The notes beneath the pieces are model-generated. The model ran no database searches. It was not told the origin of the DNA and worked only from the letters and a program-made list of their open reading frames with translations. From Sumerlaeia bacterium (lineage in GTDB: Bacteria; Sumerlaeota; Sumerlaeia; SLMS01; JAHLLQ01): 64,000 nt of DNA. Positions within the stretch are counted from its first letter, which is position 1. The number at the start of each line of letters is the position of its first letter. Shown one piece after another: positions 26,356 through 34,796 of the stretch. Made by a program: the position numbers and the translations under genes. The stretch covers positions 20,896-84,895 of the forward strand of contig JAVJSW010000031.1 of the NCBI GenBank assembly GCA_040219255.1, given 5' to 3'.

Positions 26356-27900
26356 ATGAGCCAACCCAAAGCCCGCCTCCTGATCGCCGAAGACGAAGAC
26401 CGCATGCGGCGGTTGTTGGGGATGCTCCTCAGCAACGACAACTACGAACTCGACCTGGCCGCCAATGGCCAGGAAGCCCTTGAGAAGTTCGAAGCCCAGC
26501 AGCCGGATTTGCTCATCACCGATCTGCGCATGCCGCAGATGGACGGGAAGCAATTGATCGAGCAGGTGCGGCAGCGCGCCATGGACGTGCCGATCATTGT
26601 CATCACGGCCTTTGGCAGTATCGAGAGTGCGGTCGAGGCGATGCAGGCGGGGGCGAACGATTATATCACCAAGCCTTTTGAGGAAGCCCGCATCAAGCTG
26701 GCCATCACGCGGGCGCTGGAAACGCGCCAGTTGATGGTGGAAAATCGGGTTCTGCGTGGGGAGTTGCGCAGCAAATTCGCCTTCGACGCCATCGTGGCGG
26801 AGGACGCGCGGACGCTGGCGGTTCTGGAGCAAGCCCGCCAGGTGGCGCCGACGAACACGACGGCGATGATCTATGGCGAATCGGGAACCGGCAAGGAATT
26901 GGTCACGCGCGCCATCCACGAGTCGAGCACGCGGTCGCGCGGACCGTTCGTGGCGCTGAACTGCGCGGCGATTCCGGACAATCTGCTGGAAAGCGAACTC
27001 TTCGGCCACGAACGCGGGTCTTTCACCGGCGCCACGGAAGCCAAAAAGGGACGCTTCGAGATGGCTTCCGGCGGAACGCTGTTCCTCGACGAAATCGGCG
27101 AGATGGCGCTGGCGCTCCAGGCCAAGGTGCTGCGGGCACTTGAGACGCAGCAGTTCGAGCGGGTCGGCGGAACGCGGACCATTCAGACGGACATTCGCTT
27201 CATCGCGGCGACGAACAAGAATCTTCGGCAGAAGGTGGCCAAGGGAGAATTCCGCGACGACCTTTTCTATCGCCTCAACGTTTTCCCCATCGTGATTCCG
27301 CCGTTGCGGGAACGGCCCGACGACATCATTCCCCTAACCGAGCACTTTCTGACCCGCTTCGCCCGCGAAATGGGCAAGAAAGTGCCCGCGATCAGCCCGG
27401 ACGCGGAAGCGATTCTCCTCAGCCATCTCTGGATGGGCAACGTGCGCGAGCTGCAGAACGTGATCGAGCGCGCCATGATCTTGATCCGCGGCGAAGAGCT
27501 GTTGCCCGAGCACCTGCACATCGACGCGCTGGAAGGCCTGGAGGCGATGGACCGCGCCACGGCTCAGTACGAGAAAGAAGGCCCCTCGCTGGGCCCGGCC
27601 CGGCGCCGGGCCGGTGAAGTTCCAGCGGTTGCGCCTTCGCCGGGTGCCGCCGTGGCGGAGGTGGACGCGGCCCCGCTGCCGCCTCCGCTCTCCTCGCGGT
27701 GGAAGCCGTTTCGCATTCCGGAGGTGGGCTTCGACCTGGAAACCTGCGAGAAGGAATTGATCGAGCAGGCCCTCGAGCGCACCAAGTACAACAAGACGGC
27801 GGCAGCGAAAATGCTCGGTCTGAGCCGCGCCACGCTGCGTTACCGGCTGGAAAAATACAACATTGGCCGCGATGAGAAAGAAGAGGATGGCGAGGAATGA
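26356..27900 (+). CDS. Sigma-54-dependent response regulator (NtrC/AtoC family)
   Basis: Receiver domain (DLRMPQMDG), GESGTGKE, ESELFGHERGSFTGA, GNVRELQN and a Fis-type HTH. Confidence 0.93.
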   Translation: MSQPKARLLIAEDEDRMRRLLGMLLSNDNYELDLAANGQEALEKFEAQQPDLLITDLRMPQMDGKQLIEQVRQRAMDVPIIVITAFGSIESAVEAMQAGANDYITKPFEEARIKLAITRALETRQLMVENRVLRGELRSKFAFDAIVAEDARTLAVLEQARQVAPTNTTAMIYGESGTGKELVTRAIHESSTRSRGPFVALNCAAIPDNLLESELFGHERGSFTGATEAKKGRFEMASGGTLFLDEIGEMALALQAKVLRALETQQFERVGGTRTIQTDIRFIAATNKNLRQKVAKGEFRDDLFYRLNVFPIVIPPLRERPDDIIPLTEHFLTRFAREMGKKVPAISPDAEAILLSHLWMGNVRELQNVIERAMILIRGEELLPEHLHIDALEGLEAMDRATAQYEKEGPSLGPARRRAGEVPAVAPSPGAAVAEVDAAPLPPPLSSRWKPFRIPEVGFDLETCEKELIEQALERTKYNKTAAAKMLGLSRATLRYRLEKYNIGRDEKEEDGEE

Positions 27901-28355
27901 GCGCCCCACACCTAGCCATCGAAAGCGGCTCCTGGGAGGGCTCCCTGGGGGAGCGGGCGAAGGCGGTCCGGCTGACCGTTTTCGTGGAGGAGCAGGGCTA
28001 TCCGCTGGATGGGGAACTGGACGAATTCGATCCGGTGGCCACGCATTTTCTCGCGCTTGACGCGGATGGCCAAGTGGTGGCGACAGGCCGGCTCTTCGCG
28101 GACCAGAGCGATCCGGAAGTCGCCCACATCGGACGCATGTCGGTGCGGCGCGAGGCTCGGGGGGCGGGGGTCGGCCGCCGTGTGCTCCTGGCGATGATCG
28201 AGGAGGCGCGGGCGCAAGGTTTCGCGCGGATCGTTCTGTCATCGCAGGAACCGGCCATCGGCTTCTACGAGCGGGCCGGATTCCGCCTGACGGCGCGGCC
28301 TTCCTACATGGACGGCCACATTCCCCACCGCGACATGGAACTCTCCTTGCGGTGA
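27897..28355 (+). CDS. GNAT acetyltransferase (YjcF/ElaA-like)
   Basis: RLTVFVEEQG, IGRMSV..ARGAGVG, FYERAGF and IPHRDM motifs; 4-bp overlap with the regulator. Confidence 0.9.
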   Translation: MSAPHLAIESGSWEGSLGERAKAVRLTVFVEEQGYPLDGELDEFDPVATHFLALDADGQVVATGRLFADQSDPEVAHIGRMSVRREARGAGVGRRVLLAMIEEARAQGFARIVLSSQEPAIGFYERAGFRLTARPSYMDGHIPHRDMELSLR

Positions 28356-28443
28356 CTTTGTCCAAGGGTCTTGCGGGAGAGCACGCCCGGAGGCAGGCTT
28401 TCGCTGTCCGATGCGCCAAAATTCTCCCGGGAAGGATAGAGAC

Positions 28444-29553
28444 ATGATTCGACACCTCTCTTTCGCCATCGCCGCCGCCATCGCGCTGTTCGCGCTGCCG
28501 AGCACCAGCCTCGCGGGCGACTGGAGCTTTGGCTTTTCCTACAACTTCGGCAACGCGGGCTATACCGTGGTCAATCCCGTGTACGGCTGCGCCCCCACAG
28601 TTGTGCCTTACAGCCACGGCTATTCGGTTTACCGGCCGGTGTATTCCTACGCGCCGGTGTACACGGTGCCGGCGAGCCCGAGCTATTTCGCCGCGACCTA
28701 CTATGCGGACTCGCGCCACGGACGGGGCTATCATGGCGCGTCGCGGGCCCGCGCCAGCGCGGTTCTCGGCTCGACCCCGGACTACGGCTATCGCGCGCCG
28801 CATACCCGCTACGCGCCGGCAAACGCCAGCGTGGGCTTCGGCTATCGGGGCGATCGCTTTTCGTCCTACTATTCACGAACCGTGGTGCCGAATTACCGGA
28901 CCGAGCGCCCCTCCTACCACAGTGCTCCCGCCAGTTCCTACTACGATCCCTACGACCGAATCCCAGACTACGACGATCACCTGAGGGGCGATTATCAGGA
29001 GTACGGGTATTATCAGGCCCGCAAACCGAAGCGGGACATCTACACCTATCGCGAGTCGCGCGATGGTTTGACGGTGGATCACCGGGCGACTTTCCGCAAG
29101 AATCGGCTGATCGGCCAGGAAACCACCGTGGACGACCGCCGGCCAGGCGGCGGCGAGTTGCAGCCGAACACCTACTACACGCGTGACGGGCGGCTGCGCT
29201 ATCGGGACGCGGTGCGGACATCGGTAGAGGCGAATCGCTCGCAGACGGTTCGCGAGTCCAACGAGTTGCGCACCGTGGGGAACGATACCCGGATCGATGT
29301 CCTGAGACGGCAGGTTACCGATCCTTGGCAAGGCGCGCGCGAAGCGCGGTCGAACCGGCTGGGGGCGGAGTCGCGACTCGATTCCCGGGCTCCGACGCCC
29401 AGGGAAAGCAACACGGCGCGCGAACGAGTGGCTGAAATCGGCCAGCGTTCCTCGTCGTCGGGCATCACGCCTTCCCGGGTAACACCGAGCCGGATCGATC
29501 CGAATCGCAACCAGGGTGCGTTTGGAAGAAGCGGCGCGGTCGCGAGGGATTGA
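28444..29553 (+). CDS. Secreted low-complexity Tyr-rich / Arg-rich hypothetical protein
   Basis: RBS plus signal peptide MIRHLSFAIAAAIALFALPSTSLA; Tyr-dense N-terminal half; Arg/Ser-rich C-terminal half. Confidence 0.7.
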   Translation: MIRHLSFAIAAAIALFALPSTSLAGDWSFGFSYNFGNAGYTVVNPVYGCAPTVVPYSHGYSVYRPVYSYAPVYTVPASPSYFAATYYADSRHGRGYHGASRARASAVLGSTPDYGYRAPHTRYAPANASVGFGYRGDRFSSYYSRTVVPNYRTERPSYHSAPASSYYDPYDRIPDYDDHLRGDYQEYGYYQARKPKRDIYTYRESRDGLTVDHRATFRKNRLIGQETTVDDRRPGGGELQPNTYYTRDGRLRYRDAVRTSVEANRSQTVRESNELRTVGNDTRIDVLRRQVTDPWQGAREARSNRLGAESRLDSRAPTPRESNTARERVAEIGQRSSSSGITPSRVTPSRIDPNRNQGAFGRSGAVARD

Positions 29554-29669
29554 TTTCTTGCTTGCAACTGAGAGAGAGATCGGATCAGATCCAAAAAGAC
29601 TTCAGTGCGCCGGTGGTTGATCCGGCCGATTAACCCAAGCGTCTTTTTCAGACGCCCCGCCGCACAGTC

Positions 29670-29704
29670 AGGGGGCTACTTCGGTAGCCCCCTCCTCCAT
29701 TTTT
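29670..29704 (+). terminator. Strong hairpin / intrinsic terminator with UUCG loop
   Basis: AGGGGGCTAC-TTCG-GTAGCCCCCT followed by CCTCCATTTTT. Confidence 0.65.
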
Positions 29705-29709
29705 AGAGC

Positions 29710-29738
29710 TTGCATCCGTTTGAAAAGGTTTCTATGAC
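29710..29738 (+). promoter_or_regulatory. Sigma70-type promoter of gdhA
   Basis: TTGCAT-N17-TATGAC, about 60 bp upstream of the GTG start. Confidence 0.55.
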
Positions 29739-29796
29739 ACGCGCTCATCGCTGCTCGTAAGCGATGCAATTTCAACCTCTGAAAGGCTTTTAGACC

Positions 29797-31056
29797 GTGC
29801 TATATCACGACTCGCCTTTCTATCAGCAGGCCCTTCGCCAGCTCGATTCCGTCGCGGACCGCATCGATGTGGACCCCGGGGTCATCGAACGTCTCCGGTA
29901 CCCGAAACGTACCGTTGTCGTCACGGTGCCGGTTCACATGGATAGCGGAGAAACCAAATTGTTTTTTGGATACCGGGTTCAACACTCGTTGACCTCCGGT
30001 CCCGGAAAGGGGGGATTGCGATTCGCGCCGGAAGTCAACGTGGGCGAAGTCGCAGCCCTCGCCATGATGATGTCCTGGAAGTGCGCGCTGGTCGGCTTGC
30101 CCTTTGGCGGTGCCAAGGGCGGCGTGAACTGCAATCCTCGAACGATGAGCAACAAGGAACTGGAGCGCTGCACCCGCCGCTTTACCCAGGAAGTGTTGCC
30201 TTTTATCGGGCCCAACATCGACGTGATGGCCCCGGATATGGGCACGAATGAGCAGGTGATGGCCTGGATTTATGACACGTATTCGGCCCAGGTGGGTCAC
30301 AACGTGCCGCAGATCGTGACCGGCAAGGGGATCGACATCCATGGCACACTGGGCCGGCGGGAAGCCACCGGCCGCGGCGTGGTGTATTGTATCGAAGAAG
30401 CGGCCCGTGCCATGGAACTGAAGCTCAGCGGTGCCACGGTCATCATCCAGGGCTTCGGAAACGTGGGCTCGGTGGCCGCAACGGAGTTGGCGATGCGCGG
30501 CTCGCTGATCAAAGGCGTGGCCGACATCAGCGGTTATTACCTTCGCAGCGGTGACAAGGGGTTCGACCCGCTGGACCTGATTTCCTACGTCGAGGCGAAT
30601 CGGTCTCTGGAGGGCTATCCGAACGCGGACAAGGTCACGAAGGAGGAGTTCTTCGCGGCGGAGTGCGACATCATGATTCCGGCGGCTTTGGAGCGTCAGA
30701 TCGACGCGGACATCGCCAGGAAGCTGAAATGCCGCATCCTGGCGGAGGGAGCCAACGGGCCAGTGACGAACGAGGCGGACGCCGTGCTCGACGAGACAGA
30801 CATCCTGGTCATTCCGGACATTCTCTGCAACGCTGGTGGCGTCATCGTGTCGTACTTCGAGTGGGTCCAGGACATTCAGATGTATTTCTGGTCGGCTCAG
30901 GAGGTGGACAACAAGCTCAACCAACTGATCCGGCGGGCGTTCCTCATGTGCCATCACTACATGGTCAACAATCAGTGCTCGATGCGAACGGCGGCGTTGA
31001 CTCTCGGCGTGCGCGAAGTGGCCAAAGAGAAGCAGTTGCGGGGGCTTTATCCGTAG
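29797..31056 (+). CDS. gdhA: Glu/Leu/Phe/Val dehydrogenase (glutamate dehydrogenase)
   Basis: GPGKGGLR, PFGGAKGG, APDMGT, GRREATGRG, QGFGNVG and NAGGVIVSYFEW motifs. Confidence 0.95.
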   Translation: MLYHDSPFYQQALRQLDSVADRIDVDPGVIERLRYPKRTVVVTVPVHMDSGETKLFFGYRVQHSLTSGPGKGGLRFAPEVNVGEVAALAMMMSWKCALVGLPFGGAKGGVNCNPRTMSNKELERCTRRFTQEVLPFIGPNIDVMAPDMGTNEQVMAWIYDTYSAQVGHNVPQIVTGKGIDIHGTLGRREATGRGVVYCIEEAARAMELKLSGATVIIQGFGNVGSVAATELAMRGSLIKGVADISGYYLRSGDKGFDPLDLISYVEANRSLEGYPNADKVTKEEFFAAECDIMIPAALERQIDADIARKLKCRILAEGANGPVTNEADAVLDETDILVIPDILCNAGGVIVSYFEWVQDIQMYFWSAQEVDNKLNQLIRRAFLMCHHYMVNNQCSMRTAALTLGVREVAKEKQLRGLYP

Positions 31057-31062
31057 CGCGCG

Positions 31063-31458
31063 TCAGATTCCCAGGAAGTCGGAAAAGCGCGGGATCTCCT
31101 CGTGCTTGGTGCAATAGACGGTCTCGCCGACGAAATAGTAGGTTCCGTCGGCGGGACATTTGGCCGAGCGCGAGATGAGATTCTGCATCCGATCGGTCGT
31201 CATGGGCCCATCCATTTGGGCCATGAGAACGTTGCTGGCGAGGGAGCGTCGGTTTGCCGTGCAGACCTGGCTCTTGGTGCGGTCGAGGCGCTGGATCTGC
31301 CAGGGCACGGCGCCCGCGCCGCCTGGTCCGCCGGCGCCGGGCCCAAAGTAAATCCCCATCAGGATGAAGATGATCACCAGCGACATGAGCAGCGACAAGA
31401 TCGCGGCGCCACGATTGCGGTGTCGGGATGGGGCAAGGCTGTTGCGTCGGGCGGTCAT
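31063..31458 (-). CDS. Small pilin/pseudopilin-like protein with Cys pairs
   Basis: Basic leader RHRNRG|AAILSLLMSLVIIFILMGIYF; CTANRR..CPADGTY..CTKH C-terminus as in short pilin-like proteins; lacks E5. Confidence 0.6.
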   Translation of the reverse strand: MTARRNSLAPSRHRNRGAAILSLLMSLVIIFILMGIYFGPGAGGPGGAGAVPWQIQRLDRTKSQVCTANRRSLASNVLMAQMDGPMTTDRMQNLISRSAKCPADGTYYFVGETVYCTKHEEIPRFSDFLGI

Positions 31459-31587
31459 CGGGGGCAGCGTTTCTCGCCAAGAGCTTTCCTGAAACGGCAT
31501 GTCCAGGCGCGTCGGGATGACTTCAGGAAAGCCCACCATCCCGAGTTTGTCACGCGCAAATTCAGCCCGAAAGAAAGGTGACTCTCC

Positions 31588-31851
31588 ATGGACGATCCGG
31601 CATCCGTCCCCGCCGCCACGCTCGACATCACGCTTGATTTGTGTCCCATGACCTTTGTAAAGACGAAGCTGGAACTGGAGGATTTGCGCCCGGGAGAGGT
31701 GCTGGAGGTGTTCCTGCGCCAGGGCGAACCGCTGGAGAACGTGACGCGGTCGTCCGAAGAAGAGGGTCATCGGGTGCTGACAAAGGACCCCGCCCTGGAG
31801 CGGGGCGCGGGCATCTGGCGTTTGACGATTCGATGCGGAGGGGAGGGCTAA
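31588..31851 (+). CDS. tusA: TusA/SirA family sulfur carrier
   Basis: LDITLDLCPMTFVKTKLELE and GEVLEV motifs. Confidence 0.85.
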   Translation: MDDPASVPAATLDITLDLCPMTFVKTKLELEDLRPGEVLEVFLRQGEPLENVTRSSEEEGHRVLTKDPALERGAGIWRLTIRCGGEG

Positions 31852-31854
31852 GCC

Positions 31855-32685
31855 GTGGCCGTGAAGGACTTCACGCCGGAGCAACTGGATCGCTACGCGC
31901 GCCACATCGTGCTGCCGAAGGTGGGGGGCAAGGGACAGAAGAAGCTGCTCGATTCGCGGGTCTTCGTGATTGGCGCGGGCGGTTTGGGCAGCCCGATTCT
32001 GCTCTACCTGGCCGCCGCCGGGGTCGGGACCCTTGAAATCGCCGATATGGACCGGGTGGATCGCAGCAACCTGCAACGGCAGATCATCCACCGCTCTTCG
32101 ACGATCGGGGAGAGCAAGATCGAGAGCGCCCGTGCGGCCATCGCCGACCTGAATCCGGACGTGAAAGTCGTCGCCCACGAGCGGCGCGTGACCGCGCGCA
32201 ACGCGATGGAACTGCTTGCCAATGCGGACGTGATTGTGGAGGGCAGCGACAATTTTCCGACCCGCTATGCGGTCGCGGATGCCGCGTTCTTATTGCGAAA
32301 GCCGCTTGTGTCGGGCGCGATGTTCCGGTTCGAGGGTCAAGTCACCGTCTTTCCGAACGATGGGGGAGAGGACTCGCCGTGTTATCGGTGCCTCTTTCCC
32401 GAACCGCCGCCGGCTGGCGCGGTGGCGAGTTGTCAGGAAGCGGGTATTTTTGGCGCGGTGCCGGGCGTGATCGGATCCATTCAGGCGACGGAAACGATCA
32501 AGGTGCTGCTTGGCATTGGCGAGCCCTTGATCGGCCGGTTGCTGCTTTTCGACGCGCTGGCGATGAGTTTCCGGAGCGTGAAAGTGCGCCGGAATCCCAA
32601 GTGCGCGCTCAATGGCGACCGGCCAACGATCACGCAGCCGCAGGAGATGGAGTTGACGGGTGAGGGTGAGGGCTGCCGGGCCTAG
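31855..32685 (+). CDS. moeB: MoeB/ThiF family adenylyltransferase
   Basis: RYARHIVL, IGAGGLG, SNLQRQ, PCYRCLFP and SCQEAG motifs. Confidence 0.9.
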   Translation: MAVKDFTPEQLDRYARHIVLPKVGGKGQKKLLDSRVFVIGAGGLGSPILLYLAAAGVGTLEIADMDRVDRSNLQRQIIHRSSTIGESKIESARAAIADLNPDVKVVAHERRVTARNAMELLANADVIVEGSDNFPTRYAVADAAFLLRKPLVSGAMFRFEGQVTVFPNDGGEDSPCYRCLFPEPPPAGAVASCQEAGIFGAVPGVIGSIQATETIKVLLGIGEPLIGRLLLFDALAMSFRSVKVRRNPKCALNGDRPTITQPQEMELTGEGEGCRA

Positions 32686-32729
32686 GCCGTTGCCAGCCAG
32701 AATGCGGGACAACTGGCGCCGGGCACCTC

Positions 32730-34523
32730 TTAGTCGAAGTTGGCCTTCTTGAACTTCTTGGGGCCCTTTTTGCCGTCTTTGTCCAACTTGCCTTTACCTT
32801 TTGGTTTGGCTTTGAAGGAACCGGCGGGGGCGTTGGCGTCCAGCGAGATGCGAAGCGGCTTACCGGCGACGCGGGTGTTCTTCAGGAGGGCGAAGACATC
32901 CGCCGGCATGCCTTCCGGCAAATCCACCGTGCTGTGGTCGTCGTAGATTTCGATGCGGCCAATGTGCGAGCCACTGAGGCCCGATTCGTTGGCGATGGCG
33001 CCCACGATGGCGGCGGGTTTGACTCCCTGGTTGTAGCCCACTTCGAGACGGTAGCGCTCCTTGCCTTCTTCGACCCCCTCGACTTCGGAGGGGTCTTTCG
33101 AGCGCGGCTCGCGGCGGGTGCGGCCTTCGCGCGGGGCGCGGTCGTATTTGTCGAACTTGTTGCCATAGTTCGACGCGGGTTCGGGGGCCGGGGCGTTCTT
33201 GTCGAGCAGGAACGGAGTTTCGCCCTGGAGGAGTTTGGCCAGCGCGGAAGCGATTTCGATGGCCGGGATGTTGTGCTCCTGGCGGAGTTCCTCGACGATC
33301 TGCATATAGAAGCCGAGGTCCTCGACGGCCAGCGTGTCGGCGATGCGCTGCTTGAACTTGGCGATGCGGGCGTCGTTGATCGAGTGAATGGAGGGTAACT
33401 GCATCAGCTCGATCTTCTGGTTAGTGGCTCGCTCGATCGAGAGAAGCAGGCGCCGCTCGCGGGGCGCGACGAAGAGAATGGCCTCGCCGGTGCGGCCCGC
33501 GCGGCCGGTGCGGCCGGTGCGGTGGATGTAGGACTCGGTGTCGTGGGGAATGTCGTAGTTGATGACGTGGGTGATGCGCTGGACGTCGAGTCCGCGGGCG
33601 GCGACGTCGGTGGCGACGAGGATGTCGAGTTCACCGTTGCGGAGCCTGTCGACGGTTTGCTCGCGCAGGTTCTGGGCGATGTCGCCATTGAGGGCGGCAG
33701 CGGCGAAGCCTCGGGCTTCGAGGCGGCTCACGAGATCGAGGGTGGCACTCTTGGTGCGCACGAAGACCAGCATGGCGTCGAAGTCTTCGCCCTCGAGGAT
33801 GCGCGTCAGCGCGTCGAGTTTATGGACGCCGCTGACCATCCAGTAGCGTTGATTGATGGTCGCGGCGGTCGAGGTCTTGGATTTGATGGTGATTTCGACG
33901 GGATTTTTGAGGTGGCGCTTGGCGATGCGCCGGATGGGCTCCGACATGGTGGCGGAGAAGAGGAGGACCTGACGCTCGGGCGGGGTTTGCTCCAGGATCC
34001 ATTCGACTTCATCGAGGAATCCCATGCGCAGCATTTCGTCCGCTTCATCGAGGACGAGGCACTTGAGCTTGCTCAAGTCCAGCGTTCGGCGACGCAGGTG
34101 GTCGGAGAGGCGGCCTGGTGTGGCGACAATGACGTGGGTGCCGCGCTTGAGTTGGCGCAACTGGCCGCCATAGCCCGACCCGCCATAGATGGGCAGGACG
34201 TGGAAGTCCTTGAGTCGGCTGGCGTAGCGCTGGAAAGCCTCGGCGACCTGGATGGCGAGTTCGCGGGTCGGGACGAGAACCAGAACTTGCGGTTCGGTCT
34301 GGCGCAGGTCGATGCGCGAGAGGATCGGCAGGGCGAAGGCGCCTGTCTTGCCAGTGCCGGTTTGGGCCTGTCCGACGAGGTCGCGGCCCTCCAGAATGGG
34401 AGGAATGGTCTGGGCCTGGATGGAGGACGGCGATTCGTAGCCGATTTCGTCGAGGCCTCGCAGCACAGGTTCTGAAAGACCGAGTTCGTCGAAACCCGGC
34501 GTGATCGTTTGAATGTCTGACAT
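32730..34523 (-). CDS. deaD: Cold-shock DEAD-box RNA helicase DeaD/CsdA
   Basis: Q-motif, AQTGTGKT, DEAD, SAT, HRTGRTGR and a DbpA-type C-terminal RNA-binding domain. Confidence 0.95.
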   Translation of the reverse strand: MSDIQTITPGFDELGLSEPVLRGLDEIGYESPSSIQAQTIPPILEGRDLVGQAQTGTGKTGAFALPILSRIDLRQTEPQVLVLVPTRELAIQVAEAFQRYASRLKDFHVLPIYGGSGYGGQLRQLKRGTHVIVATPGRLSDHLRRRTLDLSKLKCLVLDEADEMLRMGFLDEVEWILEQTPPERQVLLFSATMSEPIRRIAKRHLKNPVEITIKSKTSTAATINQRYWMVSGVHKLDALTRILEGEDFDAMLVFVRTKSATLDLVSRLEARGFAAAALNGDIAQNLREQTVDRLRNGELDILVATDVAARGLDVQRITHVINYDIPHDTESYIHRTGRTGRAGRTGEAILFVAPRERRLLLSIERATNQKIELMQLPSIHSINDARIAKFKQRIADTLAVEDLGFYMQIVEELRQEHNIPAIEIASALAKLLQGETPFLLDKNAPAPEPASNYGNKFDKYDRAPREGRTRREPRSKDPSEVEGVEEGKERYRLEVGYNQGVKPAAIVGAIANESGLSGSHIGRIEIYDDHSTVDLPEGMPADVFALLKNTRVAGKPLRISLDANAPAGSFKAKPKGKGKLDKDGKKGPKKFKKANFD

Positions 34524-34553
34524 GAATACCTTTATGGATCGTGGTCCGTGGAG

Positions 34554-34578
34554 AAAAAGGGAAGCCGAGGGGGCTTCC
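34554..34578 (-). terminator. Terminator-like hairpin in the deaD leader (possible attenuator)
   Basis: Minus strand GGAAGCC-CCCTC-GGCTTCC-CTTTTT, 30 nt before the deaD ATG. Confidence 0.55.
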
Positions 34579-34681
34579 TCTGGATGACTGGGGAGCCGCC
34601 AGCGGGGGCGGCCTGGGAACGTGGGAGGAGAAGTTTCCGGTCACGCACCACCAGCAAACTCGAATCCACGCGCACACATCA

Positions 34682-34708
34682 CAAAGCCCCGCGCAAGGCG
34701 GGGCTTTG
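34682..34708. terminator. Perfect 11-bp hairpin (bidirectional terminator or 5' leader stem)
   Basis: CAAAGCCCCGC-GCAAG-GCGGGGCTTTG. Confidence 0.6.
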
Positions 34709-34796
34709 GACGAGGGAGTAGAGGACTTGGACGCCCGTCTGGCAAGGGGGAAATGCGGGCCGACGGTAAAAAAAGATAAAATGCGGCGGGGTGGCG

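Noticed and set aside
27016-27033. GSFTGA instead of GAFTGA in the sigma-54 activator
   Set aside because: A common functional variant; not evidence of sigma-54 independence.
31588-32685. TusA-MoeB pair as a ubiquitin-like defence or RiPP system
   Set aside because: No E2, JAB or precursor peptide adjacent; ordinary sulfur-relay genes.
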